Source: Epiperipatus broadwayi (Eukaryota; Animalia; Onychophora). From it: a stretch of DNA of 64,000 bases. This document shows, piece after piece, positions 1 through 12,743 of the stretch. The notes beneath the pieces were generated by a model. The model saw nothing but the letters and a program-made list of their open reading frames with translations. It was not told the DNA's origin and did not search any database. Position 1 is the stretch's first letter. Every line of letters starts with the position of its first letter. The translations under genes and the position numbers were made by a program. The DNA is taken from positions 186,001-250,000 of the forward strand of contig JAQFVV010000011.1 of NCBI GenBank assembly GCA_028023455.1, in the 5' to 3' direction.

Positions 1-1268
1 CCCAGATTTGGCTTTTTTCTTGAACAATACTGTATCAAACCATTTTTTTTTTAAATATTTGATCTAATTTATTGCTGCCCATACATGTATAATTAATTAT
101 CTTTTTTCAATATTCAGTAATATTAACCTATTAGTTATAATAATAGTTCTTTTTATATCAAGTTTTTGTTGTTTATTATTGAATTTCATTAGCATGTCAT
201 ACAAAATACAATAGGCTATTTGGGCTGGAGTTGAAAAGAATCAAAGTTGTGATGTACAAGATAATGGGTATATTCCACATTGTCAACCAAAATAAAATGG
301 AAAACAAGTCTTTTGTAGGATATTATCTAGAGTTGACAACTATATATAAGCCAGATATTGATGCATGAAAAGATAATATAGTTTTACTAAGAATTACAAG
401 ATCTCATTTGAAATGCAAAACATGCCATAATTTTATGAGAAGGTGGAATGGAAATCCACTACCATGTTCTCTAAATATGCTTAATGTTTATTTTTTAAAA
501 TAAGGTAAATTTTATCTTTCTTGATCTCATCTCATAATATTAAGAATCAAAAACATTATTTTCCATGGATTAATATTTAATACTATCATCATAGAGAACA
601 TTATTTGATGATGTACTAACAAGATTGTTGCCACCATAACCAAATTCTTAACTAAGTTACCTGAACTGATTACTATTCAATTTCAAGTTCAGTATCAAGC
701 ATGATTCTTCTTAGCTTCCCCCTTAAGTTGAAGAAATTAAATTATAATAAAATTTAATCAAATTGAAAAATATTACAATTTATAAATTGATAGTGTAACC
801 AGATAAAAAATTAAAAATATGCACTTATTTATACAGAGTATAATATTTATAAGTACACATTATTGTTAGTTGTCTAGTTTTCTTTAATCATAAGGAAATA
901 ATAATAATACTTAATTTTGAAATATTAAAGGAATGGTAGTCATGCAAATATATATATATATTAAAGTTAAATATCACATCCTTAACTCCATGTTTAAAGG
1001 CACAATATTATAATAGATTTTCTTCAGAACAAACGCTGTGATGGAAATAATCTGTATTCAGATTTCACCGTTTTTTCACTATTAAAATCGAAATGGCAAG
1101 CATTTCTTTATAAATATTTAAAACATATATACAAAAAACTATTCAAATTAATATCTATAAATAAATGGAAAAAATATTTTATTAGAATAAGGATTTATTA
1201 AACAGTTAAATAAAAAAAATAAGATTTATAAACTCACTATTTTTTTAAATTTATGTTGACGCATTAAG

Positions 1269-1387
<119 letters not shown>

Positions 1388-1702
1388 AATATTTTAAGGA
1401 AATTATGGATTTTACCTTCTTTTTGCATAATGTTTCATTTGATAATTTTTTTCTGTAGAGAAAGTCATGCTTCTAGATTGAACAGACTTGAAATTGGATT
1501 CAGGGCCTTATTTGAAAAAAATGCTTCTTCCTTTCACAGAAATCTAGTGAAATTGCCTACATGAATAAGTCAACAGTACTCAACTCAGGTTAGTTTATCA
1601 CATGCTGTTAAAAAATTCCATACTTTTATATATTCTGAAAGTCATTGTCAGTTTGCAGAAGGATTTAATATTTATTATTTTTTTGTTCCAGAAATCCTAT
1701 GA

Positions 1703-1765
1703 ATATGGGTACTAGTACATATAATACACTCCACTGTTTGATTATTATATGTACTAGTACCATAT
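1703..1765. repeat. Short inverted repeat (about 22-bp arms)
   Basis: ATATGGGTACTAGTACATATAATA at 1703-1726 pairs with TATTATATGTACTAGTACCATAT at 1743-1765 with one bulge. Confidence 0.75.
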
Positions 1766-3374
1766 AGGTACTATATATATGAACTTATATGTACATATAG
1801 ATTCTCTCTCTCTATATATATATATATTAACTTCAATTATTACCATTTCAGATCATTAACTAATAAAGCTATAAATTTTGTAAGAAACATCATACCTTAA
1901 AATATATAACAGAACTTTTATTTATCACATTCAATAATTCTCTTTCAATAATGATTTTTTTAATATTTGGTAATTAGTCTTTTCTAATTTATCAAAGACA
2001 ACCTCATTTAAAATCATATTCTTATTTTTTCCAACGTTACTCTTTTCTGATTTCTGAAAGATCAAGTCTCATTCCCATATGTCTATATCTTTCAAACACT
2101 AATTCTAACAAATTTCATTCTATTTTTGATATCAATATATTTATTTAGTAGCAAAGTATTTTTATTGTGAAAAGTTTGTGTTATAAAAATATAATTTTCT
2201 TTCTAATCTCAAATAGATAACTATTATTATCACTAATTACACACATCTATATATCAAATTCAAATATTCAGAATACTAAACTGGTATTATATAAACAAAT
2301 ATCACAACAACCTGTATGTGTGTATATATATATATATAATTACCCAGTTGCTAGCCACCTAAAATTAAATTAGAATTGGAAATTAATTGTGCATTGTAAA
2401 TGTAAATACAAAGTTTTTGAGAAAAGATGTAGCATCATGTTGGCTTAATTAGATTTGTCCTTATTGTTTGTATTCTTCACTTAATTTTAAACAATCTTTT
2501 GGTCCATTAACTTTTCTTCATTAAACTAAACTGATATTAATATTAAAAAAATTTAATGTCAGTACATTCAAAAATTTTATGTGCTTAACACGATGTATAT
2601 GAAAAGTAATTACATTTTTTTCAACTGTTTGTAAAAAAAAAAAAAGATTTGCAACATAAATATTATATGCAAGTTACTGTGATATATATATAATTGCAAA
2701 AAAATTACATTTTTTTTACCATACATCGAATTAGATAAGTAATGGAGTAATGATAAGCTGAACCGTGCATAAAAATATAAATATATCATTTAGATCAGTC
2801 ATATTTATTATAATCTTTTGCAAAAAAACTTTATCAGCATCATATGCATAATTTCGGAATGAAGAAGATAATGGGGTGCAGAATATTATTGTCACATATA
2901 AAGTAATTGTGAAATTATCTTGCTAAATAATTAGACATTAGGTATAAGGCACTACATAAAAAATATATTATTTATTTCATAGTATCACACAAAATGCTTA
3001 TCTTTTTCTAAAAAAAAAAAAAAAAAGGGTGATAATCAGTTTGCAAGTAATAATGCTATCTGCAATATTATAACATTCTGATCAACATTTTAATATTGAC
3101 TTCTAAATTGAGTGGAAACCTCCAGCCCTGGGAACCAACTTTGGCTCTCAATACAGCCCTTGGATATTTTATAAAACATATATAAATAGACCTCTATAAA
3201 ACTTCTATTTAAAAACATGAGTACTTCAAATATTGAATTAAGAGTTAAATAAAATGAAATATTTATTTTCTCAATTACAACCAACCTTTATAATAGTTCT
3301 AGTTTAGTCTATTAGAGGTACAATATTTCCGGAAATTATGTATATTGTGTGGTTTACTCTGACTACAGAATAAA

Positions 3375-4930
3375 GCAATAAGAAAAAAACATGGGACTAT
3401 TACTAAAAAGAATGCTGCCATCATGAAATAGATAGAAAGCTATCAATAATTATTTAGTACTGTAATCAAGAACTATCTCCTACATCTATTATATCTTCTG
3501 AATTGCCCAGGGATTTTAAATGAAGAAGTAAGACATGCAATTAAATTTATGAAGAAGGGAAAAGCTTCAGGCAATGATTGAAATTATAATTGATATATGA
3601 AAAGAAGCAGGTGAAGAAATAATTTTTTTTGGCAAAGTTATATATCAAATGTCTAAATGATAAAGATGTACCAGATGATTGAAAGAATGCAGTATTAATA
3701 TTAATATTTTAAAAAGGTGGTAAAAAATATATTAGAAGCTACAGACCTATCAATCTTTTATCAGTTTTATACAAAATGTTTACCATACCAAGATAATTAC
3801 AATTCGTTTACAGAGAACATTGAATTTCAACCAATGAAACTAACTAGCTGGATTTAAAAATTGTTTTAGTATAATACATCATATCCAAGTATTGAGAAAA
3901 GTTATAGAAAGGTCCAATGAATATGAGTTGCCTTGTTTTGGATTTGTAGATTATGAAAAAGTATTTCTTCAGTGATTAAAGCATTGGATCATCAAGGTAT
4001 AGGCACAGGATATTGCCATATTCTGAAGAATATTTATAAAATGCAACAACAATTAGATTACATAATGATAGCATGTAAGGCAGAGTGATTCCATATCTCC
4101 AAAACTTTTTACAACAGTGCTGCAAGAAGTATTTTATGACAAATGGGAAGCTAAAGGGGTAAAAGTAAATGGAGATTATTTATGTTATTTAGATTTTGCA
4201 GATGGTGTAGTTGTTTTTCCAAATAATGCTTCAGAACTTCAGGAAACATTGCAAGAGTTATCAGATGAAAGTAAGAAGGTAGGACTAAAGGTAAATGTTA
4301 AAAAGACTAAAATAATGTTCAAGGGATTTTCTCAAAAGATGAAATTAAGATCGATGATAATGATTTAGAAAAAGTTAACAACTACAAATACCATGAACAG
4401 ATTATTACTACATATGGAAACATAATGGATGAAATTAATCTTAGGATTAAACTTAGTTGAAGTGCTTGGTAGAAATAACTTAATATTAAAAGAAAATATG
4501 CCTATGAGAAAGGAATATTTTTAATAAATGTGTTTTACCAATTCTTACTTATGGATTTGAGACTTGGACACTTCAAAAAATACAGAGACTTCAGACAACT
4601 CAAAGAAGTATGGAGAGATGCATCTTAAAAGAAATGAGATTAAAGTGCAACACATGGGTAAAAGAACAAATATTGAAAAATTAAAAGATGAAGTGGAGTT
4701 GGTTGGATATATTGCTAGAAGATATGATAATAGATGGACAACTGAAATTTTAAACAGGATTCCAAGAGATTATAAAAGACCCAAAAAGAGACCACATGTG
4801 AGATGGATTGATAAAATAAAAACATGTGCAGAGATGATGCGGGAAAAAAAGATTAGAGATCAGTGAAAATGCATTGAACTTGGAGAGACTTTCAGCCTGT
4901 AGTGGACTGATAATGGTTAATGATGATTAT
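3375..4930 (+). mobile_element. Decayed 5'-truncated RTE-clade LINE (RT domain and C-terminus)
   Basis: Broken frames give ILNEEVRHAIKFMKKGKA, CYLDFADGVVVF..LQETLQELSDESKKVGLKVNVKKTKIM and GYIARRYDNRWTTEILNRIPRDYKRPKKRPHVRWID. It ends in a TGATGAT tail and is homologous to 61575-63120. Confidence 0.92.
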
Positions 4931-5886
4931 TCTGACAACAGATTTAATCTACAATGCTTATGGCATTTTGTTTCATATAATACTTTTTGTAGATTAATTG
5001 TACATTTGCAAAAATAAATTTAAAAATCTACTTTTATTATTATTATTTTGCATTTATTTATTTTTTATTATGTTGCTTGCCTATACAGAGTAAGATAGAA
5101 AAATTAACATAGAAAATTGTGTATTTCAATAGAAATGAATCAATGCATATTTTTTATAGAAAGAAATAATAAATTGATATACCTGATATGTCTGGAAAGT
5201 ATTTCAGTTATTAAAAAACACTATTTATCAAAAACATCAGATTACAACAAAATTGTTTGGAAAGAAAAAATATTAAAATAGAAAGTTTGAATAGAAGCTT
5301 CATCAAGTGGCTGATATGGGTCATAAAAAAATTAAACAAGTCAGAAAATTCTGTGACGGTAAATTATATTTGTTTTAAAAAACAGAAACTTCCAAACTAT
5401 TGTCTGAAGAGAAGTTTATAAATTATAGCATTCTATTTTCTATAGAATTAATCTATCCAGAACATAAAAAGAAATTTGAAAATTATCACCAAGAATAGTT
5501 ACAAAGCAAATTGAAAAAACTGTTATTAAATGTGGAACAGCCATTAATAATAATGATGTTACTTTATTTTTAATTCACACAAAAAAATTATAGCCTAAAA
5601 AGAAAGCTGAAATTAGTCTGCCAGATGAAAAGATTGCCACTTCTAATGATTAGGGGTAAATTAATTAAATATTTAAGTCAATAATTTTGTATGGTCTGCA
5701 AATGATATTATAAATATCCAAATAGGCCTTGGCAAAAAAAAAAAGCTTCCCCACCCCTGTTCTAAATAGATTTGTTTGAAAATTGTGATGCACAGATAAA
5801 TAGAATTTCATTAAGCAATATTTATTATTATTTTTGTAAAAATATTGATTTTCCAAATTAATTCTGCTTTACTTAATGAATAATGT

Positions 5887-6119
5887 TTCTGCAGTGTAAT
5901 TTTCTCTACAGCATTCTCATGCAAGGTAGGTATTGTTTTCTAGTTTTAACATCTTGTGAAGAGGTGTAATCAGAAATCTATGACCAAAGACATGTGAAAA
6001 AGATGTATGATCCCCATAACGCACATTTCATCCTGAACTACAAAGTGTTAAATGTGGATAGAAACCTGTCCCTACCTTGCATGAGAGTGGTATAATAAAA
6101 AAATTATATACTGCAGAAA
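5887..6119 (-). mobile_element. Family B2 hammerhead-related mini-element, tail-out inverted pair
   Basis: Arms 5887-5930 and 6071-6119 are inverted (TTTCTGCAGT...CTCATGCAAGGTAGG / CCTACCTTGCATGAGA...ACTGCAGAAA). The minus-strand interior matches 58150-58300 from GTTCAG.ATGAAAT onward. Confidence 0.7.
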
Positions 6120-6752
6120 TATTATTTGTTAAGTGAATAATCTCTAGTCTAATAAATGACTAACAAATTTTATTAATGCTACTTTACTGTTTTGAAATAT
6201 TTGTGGGTGCACCTGTGTATACATACATACACACGTGTGTGTATTACAATATAATCATTTAAATACAGATCATTAGCATTTAAAATTTGACATATCTATG
6301 TTTATTAATATAAACCCAGCATATTCTTGTCTGGGCAAATGAATATTAATGTCCAAATTATAAAATAAAACTATAATTAAACTGTAGTGTTTAACACTGT
6401 ACTTTTATGGACATGAACCCATATTTTATTTTAAATTTTAATGGCATTAATGGTACTTTGGATACTGTAAGAATTGCCCTTTTTTTTTTTTTTACTGATT
6501 AAATGATTATGCTTTATATAATATAATTATGATGAAATAGTGTTGGTAGTAGCTTAAAATTGCTAAAATTCAGGATAATACATTTTTGGTCTTCAGCCAG
6601 AGTATGTAAAATTTATAAAAAAATTTAGAACATTGTCAAATTTAACTTTTAGAAATTCCCTATATTTTCAGGGCATAACATTAGTGCATAAAGGACTTTG
6701 GTTTGAATATTGTTCTGGCTTCATTGTTATATGACTAACTATGAGCATAGTA

Positions 6753-6860
6753 TGTCTTGCATTGGTGGTCAAGAGGTCAACGTGACTGCCTTGCACTTGC
6801 AGGCAGTTGCCCGGTTTGTGGGTTTGCATCCCAGCCGATACTATGACACTTAAAAAAAAA
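6753..6860 (+). mobile_element. tRNA-Gly-derived short SINE
   Basis: GCATTGGTGGTCAAGAGG...GCAGTTG...GGTTTGCATCCC, then TATGACACTT and poly(A). 16-bp TSD AACTATGA(G/T)CATAGTA at 6737-6752 and 6861-6876. Confidence 0.87.
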
Positions 6861-8820
6861 AACTATGATCATAGTAGTTGAAACTTATTAGGGCTTATTA
6901 ATTTTTTTTTTATATTTAAATAAAATTATACGTAAATCTATTATCAAGTGCTGAAAACTATAACTGTGCAGAAGGACATCAACCTCTGATCATGTGGTTT
7001 TGTAACTATAATAAATCTCTATGCACTCACCCATCAATAAAAAATTTTAAAGTATATACAATTTTCCTAATCTAATCTAATTATTAAATGTTTTCTTTCA
7101 GAAAAATTCAAATTTTATGTACATTTTATCAAATACTGTTGTAACAGGATCTGAATGTAAAGACTTAAGATCATTTCAGTTTCAACAGGTGTGGAACTCA
7201 AACTTCTTATAAAATCTCAAATAATTCAGTTATTTGATTATTTATTGATTTGATAACATATAGATTAGAATAGAACATAACACTTTAATTTTTTTGCATT
7301 TACATTTTTCTAAGTGCTCAGCAAAAATATATGAATTAATTGGGATTTGTATGGATTAAGGGTATCAGCTTATATATACTCTATTCCTAATCTATTATAA
7401 GCTTAAGTAATCAATAGATACTAGATGCTGGATTAGGATAAGTAGAGTGCAAACGATGAAAACAAATGAAGAAGTTTATATTCTTCTGATTCGCAGACAT
7501 TTTTAACATAAAAAATTTTATCAGCAATTTTTGAAAATTTATCTTCAAGTATATATTTATCTTTTGGATATATATCTGATAGGTAATTCAAGTTAACTTA
7601 TTCTTATTGTATTCTTTGAAGTCTCGCAATTTTCAAATATTACATTTTCATCTAGTCTAGAAATTCCTTTAATATATATGATAGAGAACATTTTGCAAAG
7701 TGAAACAGTAGATATAAATTTTAATCTTTATGAAAACTAATCTGTTTTTATAACAGTCCAATTTTTAATTTAAACATTTGTTTAATAAGTTTTATTTTGC
7801 CTTTTATAAATTCGGATCATTATTGGAGAAAGGAGGAGACATATTTTTTTCATTAATTTTTATTAAATGTAAATCTTGCTTATCTAATATAGGTATAATG
7901 CCAGATTAGTTATTATCTATGAGCTTCTTTAGCTAAATCTTCTGTTTTCAGACAGTTAGTTGTCTCTAGAAATTCTTATTGATACAAATAATTTCAGATT
8001 GGTTACATTGTTTATCTTCATAATACTTGTTTTTAGTATCATGTATTTATTATCAGTATTTTTGTTTTTAATACTTCTATCTTTATGTTTTTTTAAATTA
8101 TTTTAATTTTTAATATAAAAATGTACAGCATTTGTTTCTATTTTGTAGCTTCTTATATCCACTCCCCCACTTTTTTTTTGTTTAGTTTGTGTTTTTGACT
8201 TCATTAGGATACATAATTTGGGGCTAATCTTCCAGATGATACCACTTGGAAGAACTCATTAAAAAGTAATACTAAGCAGGCTTTTAGGAAGTAAAGCAGT
8301 TCAAAAAATGTTTCATAAGCAATTATTAGTTGAAAGCAATAAAGTTTTCCATAAAAATAAATTATTGAATATAGGTCTTGTTTGGAAGTAATAAACATTA
8401 TAATAAACAAAGCAATACAAAAATTAATCAATAACAGGAAAACAATCAATTCATAATAAATAAAATACAGGTATGAGATCAAATACAAAATCACTAGAAC
8501 TTGTTTCATATTTTGCATTAATATTAATTTAATCAGACAAATGTATTACAACAAAGTATTTTAGAAAGAAATAGATTCCAAAAAAGTAACCCAATTATGA
8601 TAAAAATTTATTAAATAAAAGTATAAATAATTTACATTTTAGCAAATAATTTGAAAAATAAACATTTTATATCCAAAATATATTTACACCCACAGCCTTC
8701 CTCAAAGTTACTATTATTTCAATTTTTTTTAAATTTTTTACTAGCTCTGAAGAAGATTGCAGGACAATTGAAACATAATTTAAACTTTTCAAATACAAAC
8801 AACTGTTAATAATACCCAAA

Positions 8821-8915
8821 TCATTGGTGGCCTAGTGGTTACCATAGCTGCCTTCTAAGCAGCTGTCCCAGGTTCGCTTCTCGGTCAACGCATTTGACAT
8901 AAATATAAAAAAAAA
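8821..8915 (+). mobile_element. tRNA-Gly(TCC)-derived short SINE / retropseudogene
   Basis: CATTGGTGGCCTAGTGGTTACCATAGCTGCCTTCTAAGCAGCTGTCCCAGGTTCGCTTCTCGGTCAACGCA closely follows the conserved metazoan tRNA-Gly(TCC) sequence. It is followed by TTTGACAT and an A-rich tail. Confidence 0.85.
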
Positions 8916-9124
8916 GTTAATAGATTACACCAATGGAATTATTTTCCTTTCACTTTTCTTTGGGTATTGCTGACCGAGAGTGACAGCATAGAAATCAAAC
9001 TAATAGTTTTAGATTCTTGAAAAGTTTGAATTGAAATGTAACGTTGCGTGTATATATATAATTTTTTTTTCTATGAAGTTTTTGAAGTAAGATAGATGTA
9101 CAAATTGTATTTATAAAAAGAATG

Positions 9125-9325
9125 TATGCGGGATTCGAACTCAGACTTTCATACGACCCACTACTCTCAGTGCCGGTTTAGCATGAAATACGTATATTGG
9201 TGATTATTTATCTTTTCAACATGTGTGTGATCAGGTGGGTCAGCAATATAAGATGGCACTGAGAGTAGTGGGTCGTATGAAAGTCTGAGTTCGAATCCCG
9301 CATATATTACATATATAAATGCAGG
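9125..9325 (+). mobile_element. Family B1 element, 5'-truncated, with a perfect 50-bp inverted tail
   Basis: 9125-9174 is the exact reverse complement of 9255-9304. The interior holds the 3' half of the hammerhead (GCATGAAATACGTATATTGGTGATTAT). B-box-like GTTCGAATC near the 3' end. Confidence 0.85.
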
Positions 9326-9649
9326 TTTAAGCCTATACAATGTATTAATTTATATAAAAAGAATGTATGTAAATTGTATTTATATAAAATATTACATTTA
9401 TTTTTTTTAAAGACTGCTTTTATTTTATAAATTTATTATTCAATTACTGTTTTAGGACAATATTTTTAACTTTCTTTATATTCGGAACATTTATTGACAT
9501 AACTGAATTATTTTATAAATAGTTTTTTGGCTAACATTTCTTGTCAATTCATTATATATGAAATATTTTTTGTATTACTTTTACTTAATAGCAAACTCTC
9601 CATATAGTAAAAATCTGTTTAATAAATTCAATAATAAAGACTTAATTTA

Positions 9650-11600
9650 ATTTCGTATGGATTAAATTTTTACACGGGGGGTCTTCGAGATCGTTCAAAT
9701 TGAGATAAAAACATCCCTATGTTTTTAGAAATAATTCTTGAGGGTGGGAGTAGCCACTATAATTATCTTCAAAACTTGGGTAATAATTAAAAATATCATA
9801 GATCAGCCAATATCTATCTTCTTTTTAGATAATTAAAGATGTGTACTCAGTTGCTTCTATTTGTATTTTTAAATTACCGTTATTTTTTTCAATGTAGTTG
9901 AATTTCCATGACTACTTAAATATCATTACAAAATTAGTACAATCAATTTCGAAATAATCAGGTATTATTTATATTTGTTATAATATAATTTAAACTATGA
10001 AATGTCTATTTGATGATTTTTGGAATTATAAATTGTTTTCCATTAATTTATATTGTATTAATATATAGTGTGTGTATATATATACACGACGTTTTTCGTT
10101 CTATTTACAAATTATTATTTATATTTACAGCATTACATAGTACTTATACTATATATAAGTATGCGTTTAAATGTTATAATGCAGTATACAGCATAAAGGT
10201 TTAAATGACATTATTAGACATTTTCGCCAAACAATCATTAATAAAAAAATTTCAAGTCTTCTCTGTGGCACTTAGATTCTTACTCTTTTAATAAAAGAGA
10301 AAATTATTTTTAAAAATAAAACCTTGCATTAAGATTTACTTCTTTAATTAATCAGGCGAAGATCCAGAAACATAAGAAAATTTATATTCTTTAACTATTC
10401 AGATTTTGACTGCGGAGGAAAAGGATGCGTAGAACCGACAACTTTGGATTTCCGGGCTTTTCCTTATAAGATATATATCTAGCCTATACAGCTGCTCAGT
10501 TATTGAAGAGTGACCAATTTTCTTAACTTTCCCCTTCGGCAACAAATTTTAATACAGTACTTGTTTCCTTTACTTATTGTATGCGTAACGACTATCAAAC
10601 TGAATTGGAAGTGTGCATTTAATAAGTAGTAACCTGCAGGTATTTTCAGCGCGCACTTGCAGCACGAGCATCGGTTTTAAAATGATGGATGGCTGAAGGA
10701 AATAAAAGAAATCGGTTAAATCTTTTTGAATATGAAAAATCTACAAAGCGCAACTCCTTAGCTTTCACATTCTTTCAGTAAAAACGGGGGGGGGGGGGTA
10801 AGTTTGAAAAATTCGTTTAAAATAAAAAAAATTCTGTTTAATAATTCATAACCATTCACAGCAAGAATTATAAAAAAAATCTGATAGTTTATTGAAATCC
10901 ATCATTCTTCTGATTAATATATTTAAAAGCTTTATTTTTGAAAACCTTTTTTCGAATATTATAAATTTTCTGTGGCGGAATCAAAGTAGGTGTGTGCGCT
11001 CGTATATTTACAATTTTTTTTAAAAGTTTTTTTTTTTTTTAATTTAACCAAAAAAAAAAAAGAATAATTTAGTGATAAGAAATATTGGATCACATATATA
11101 TAGTTTAATAATATACACTAATTGCATTCAACGTCTTTACATTGTATTATGTTAAAAATTTTATGAGTAGGCAGAATACCGACAAAGTCATGTTGTCTGG
11201 AGTCGATTTGACGGCATCTAATAGTAATCATTGTCAGTAACTACTTTGTAACCGAGTATAGTCATTCAACTTTGGAAGAAAATAAAAATAAAGAAGACGT
11301 AGTTTTTATTCTATTACAAAATCATTTTTGCATAGATGAACCGAAAGATAGATTGATGTAATATAGATAGCCTTTTGAAAAGATTATCCGATGCTTTACA
11401 TGCAGATGTAGTACTTTTGTATATCTTGTATAGTCATATTTTAGTCTATTCGTAGATTATGTATCTTTAATATGAAAATTTATAATTAAGTAATATAAAT
11501 ATCAATATACAACAGTCTATATATATTGTCAAATTATATTTTTATGTTAGTGTAACCGTATCTTTTACCTTAGCTCAATTCTATCGTATCATCAGCCCTG
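9650..11600. promoter_or_regulatory. CpG-retaining region, possible promoter
   Basis: Visibly more CG dinucleotides than the flanks (for example CAGCGCGCACTTGCAGCACGAGCATCGG near 10650). No gene could be assigned. Confidence 0.3.
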
Positions 11601-11749
11601 AAGTCAGACCAAGCTCTCACACTATAGATATATTGGAAATATACTTTTCCAAGTAATCCATATAGCATATATTACAAATTAACTTCATATGCACTTTTTT
11701 TAGAGAGATATTTAAGCTTAACCTCATATAATATCTATTTAATTTTTTT

Positions 11750-11915
11750 TTCCAACTTCTATTCTATCGTACATTATTGAATCAAATAATCAAAGACACG
11801 AGAAAAAAATAAATGATCTCCAAGATGTGTATTTTGTATTGAACCAGCACTCATCAGTCGGCCCAAATTATAATCTCTTATACATATCTTCATCATTTGT
11901 TCATTTATAATAATA
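11750..11915 (-). mobile_element. Family B2 element with hammerhead core
   Basis: Minus strand reads ATAATTTGGGCCGA CTGATGA GTGCTGGTTCAATAC AAAA TACACATC TTGGAGATCAT. Flanks match 23990-24230 and 58080-58300. Confidence 0.75.
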
Positions 11916-12374
11916 TAGAAAAGCCTTTTTCAGCACATACTTTTATGTTCTTTTTAATGTTATTTGTTTTGTAGTCGCTGTTATATATGAATATTTATAT
12001 AACTTTATTATAAATTTATATGAAAAAAAACCCCCAGTATAATGGATTTTCTTAATTTCCATTTTTGACAACATTCTAGAAATGTAATTGAAATATTTAG
12101 ATTATGCATTCAGCTGTATGATATAAAGAGAAGAAACTTTTTCATTGCACATATAATCTAATGTATGCAAAAGAATTACATAGTCAAGTGAAGGAAAAAT
12201 TGATTATTTATTTTAGTTATATTTTAAATATAATTGTTTTTGTTTATAATGGTTTTACGTAAATAGAAAGAAATGAACAATCTTGTCTAATATTTAAGTA
12301 AGCAAGTTTTAATTTTATTTGAAATCTAAAGAAAGTTTTCTATTTCTAAATCACATTAAGTGGTTATTCCGTAA

Positions 12375-12743
12375 GCCAATAAACATCACATGACCACCTC
12401 CCCTTATGCTTGTGTATAACTGTTGTTAAAACAGGCAAAACTCACTATATATATTGCCACACACAGCAAGCTAGAGTAATCAATGGATGCCAGAAGGCTT
12501 GTGCATAAAATCCCCAACTAGTGTTCACTCATCCAATATCCCCAGACTAGTTTCTGGCTTATGGCCTTTGTCAGTGAGGAGCCTTGGATCTGAGAGCACT
12601 GACGAAGGCTATAAGCCAGAAACTAGTCTGGGGATATTGGATGAGTAGGCACTAGATGGGGATTTTATGCACAAGCCTTCTGGTATCCATTGATTATTCT
12701 AGCTTGCTGTGTGTGGCAATATATATAGTGAGTTTTGCCTGTT
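12375..12743 (-). mobile_element. Family A hammerhead mini-element, near-perfect tail-out inverted pair
   Basis: Arms 12430-12576 and 12597-12743 are near-perfect reverse complements with a 20-bp spacer. The left arm continues to a complete 3' tail at 12375 that is shared with 29233-29308, about 39930-40000 and about 42560-42640. Confidence 0.9.
12531..12589 (-). ncRNA. Type I hammerhead ribozyme motif (family A)
   Basis: ATCCAA GGC TCCTCA CTGACAA A GGC CATAA GCC A GAAA CTAG TC TGGGGA TA TTGGAT. The G8-to-A change is a CpG transition; the opposite arm keeps CTGACGA at 12599-12605. Confidence 0.7.

Noticed and set aside
8822-8892. Functional tRNA-Arg(TCT) gene
   Set aside because: The anticodon differs by one base from Gly TCC in a Gly-type body, the T arm is disrupted, and it has the SINE tail.
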